Made by a program: the position numbers and the translations under genes. This document shows positions 63,825 to 64,000 of a stretch of DNA of 64,000 nt, one piece after another (the stretch's first letter is position 1; every line of letters begins with the position of its first letter). A model generated the notes under the pieces. The model had not been told where the DNA came from. It did no database searches and saw only the letters and a list, made by a program, of their open reading frames with translations. Source of the DNA: Basidiobolus meristosporus CBS 931.73 (Eukaryota > Fungi > Basidiobolomycota); NCBI GenBank assembly GCA_002104905.1, contig MCFE01000147.1, positions 90,507-154,506 of the forward strand, in the 5' to 3' direction.

Positions 63825-64000
63825 AGGGTTAGGGTTAGGGGGAGGAAAGTCACCAAGTGGTGAAATCTTTATTTACTTATGACAAGTATCTAAAGAAGCC
63901 AAGTTAATCTGAAGTTATTCCTAGAAAGCTAGGTCTGAGAGATATCTTCCTGGTAAGCCAGGTCTGAGAGTTGAGAAGCTGAGTGGTACTATAGTTCCTA
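63825..64000 (-). mobile_element. LINE 3' end (copy 5) joined through (GGGTTA)2GGG; runs off the window
   Basis: agggttagggttagggggaggaaagtcaccaagtggtgaaatctttattt. Confidence 0.8.

Overview
Eukaryotic, intron-containing fungal DNA. An early-diverging lineage (Zoopagomycota/Mucoromycota-like) is my inference from EF3, HOG1, gene style and an alginate-lyase-family gene. The window has three parts. (1) About 1-20.8 kb is a strongly CpG-depleted transposon graveyard: several Ty1/copia copies and LTRs, a degenerate APE-type LINE, a 732-bp palindrome, tandem repeats and one small CpG-retaining island. (2) About 21-57.5 kb is a CpG-normal gene island: Myb/SANT-like protein, divergent forkhead, SEC61 beta, alginate-lyase-family protein, YPT6/RAB6, PWWP-like protein, coilin, ORM1, a 43-aa secreted micro-peptide gene, QNS1, WW-MyTH4-RhoGAP, HOG1, MDH1, a frameshifted GPI-type protein, a hypothetical membrane protein, EF3 (1-nt frameshift, probably an assembly error) and a CcP-like peroxidase. 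(3) About 57.6-64 kb is CpG-depleted again and holds the most striking structure: five same-polarity non-LTR retrotransposon 3' ends. Each carries AATAAA, a TCACC/GGTGA hairpin and a telomere-like (CCCTAA) tail instead of poly(A), and most are joined to an abruptly truncated neighbour. This looks like telomere-type end-healing or telomere-targeted retrotransposition. All gene models were spliced and translated by eye, and no database searches were run.
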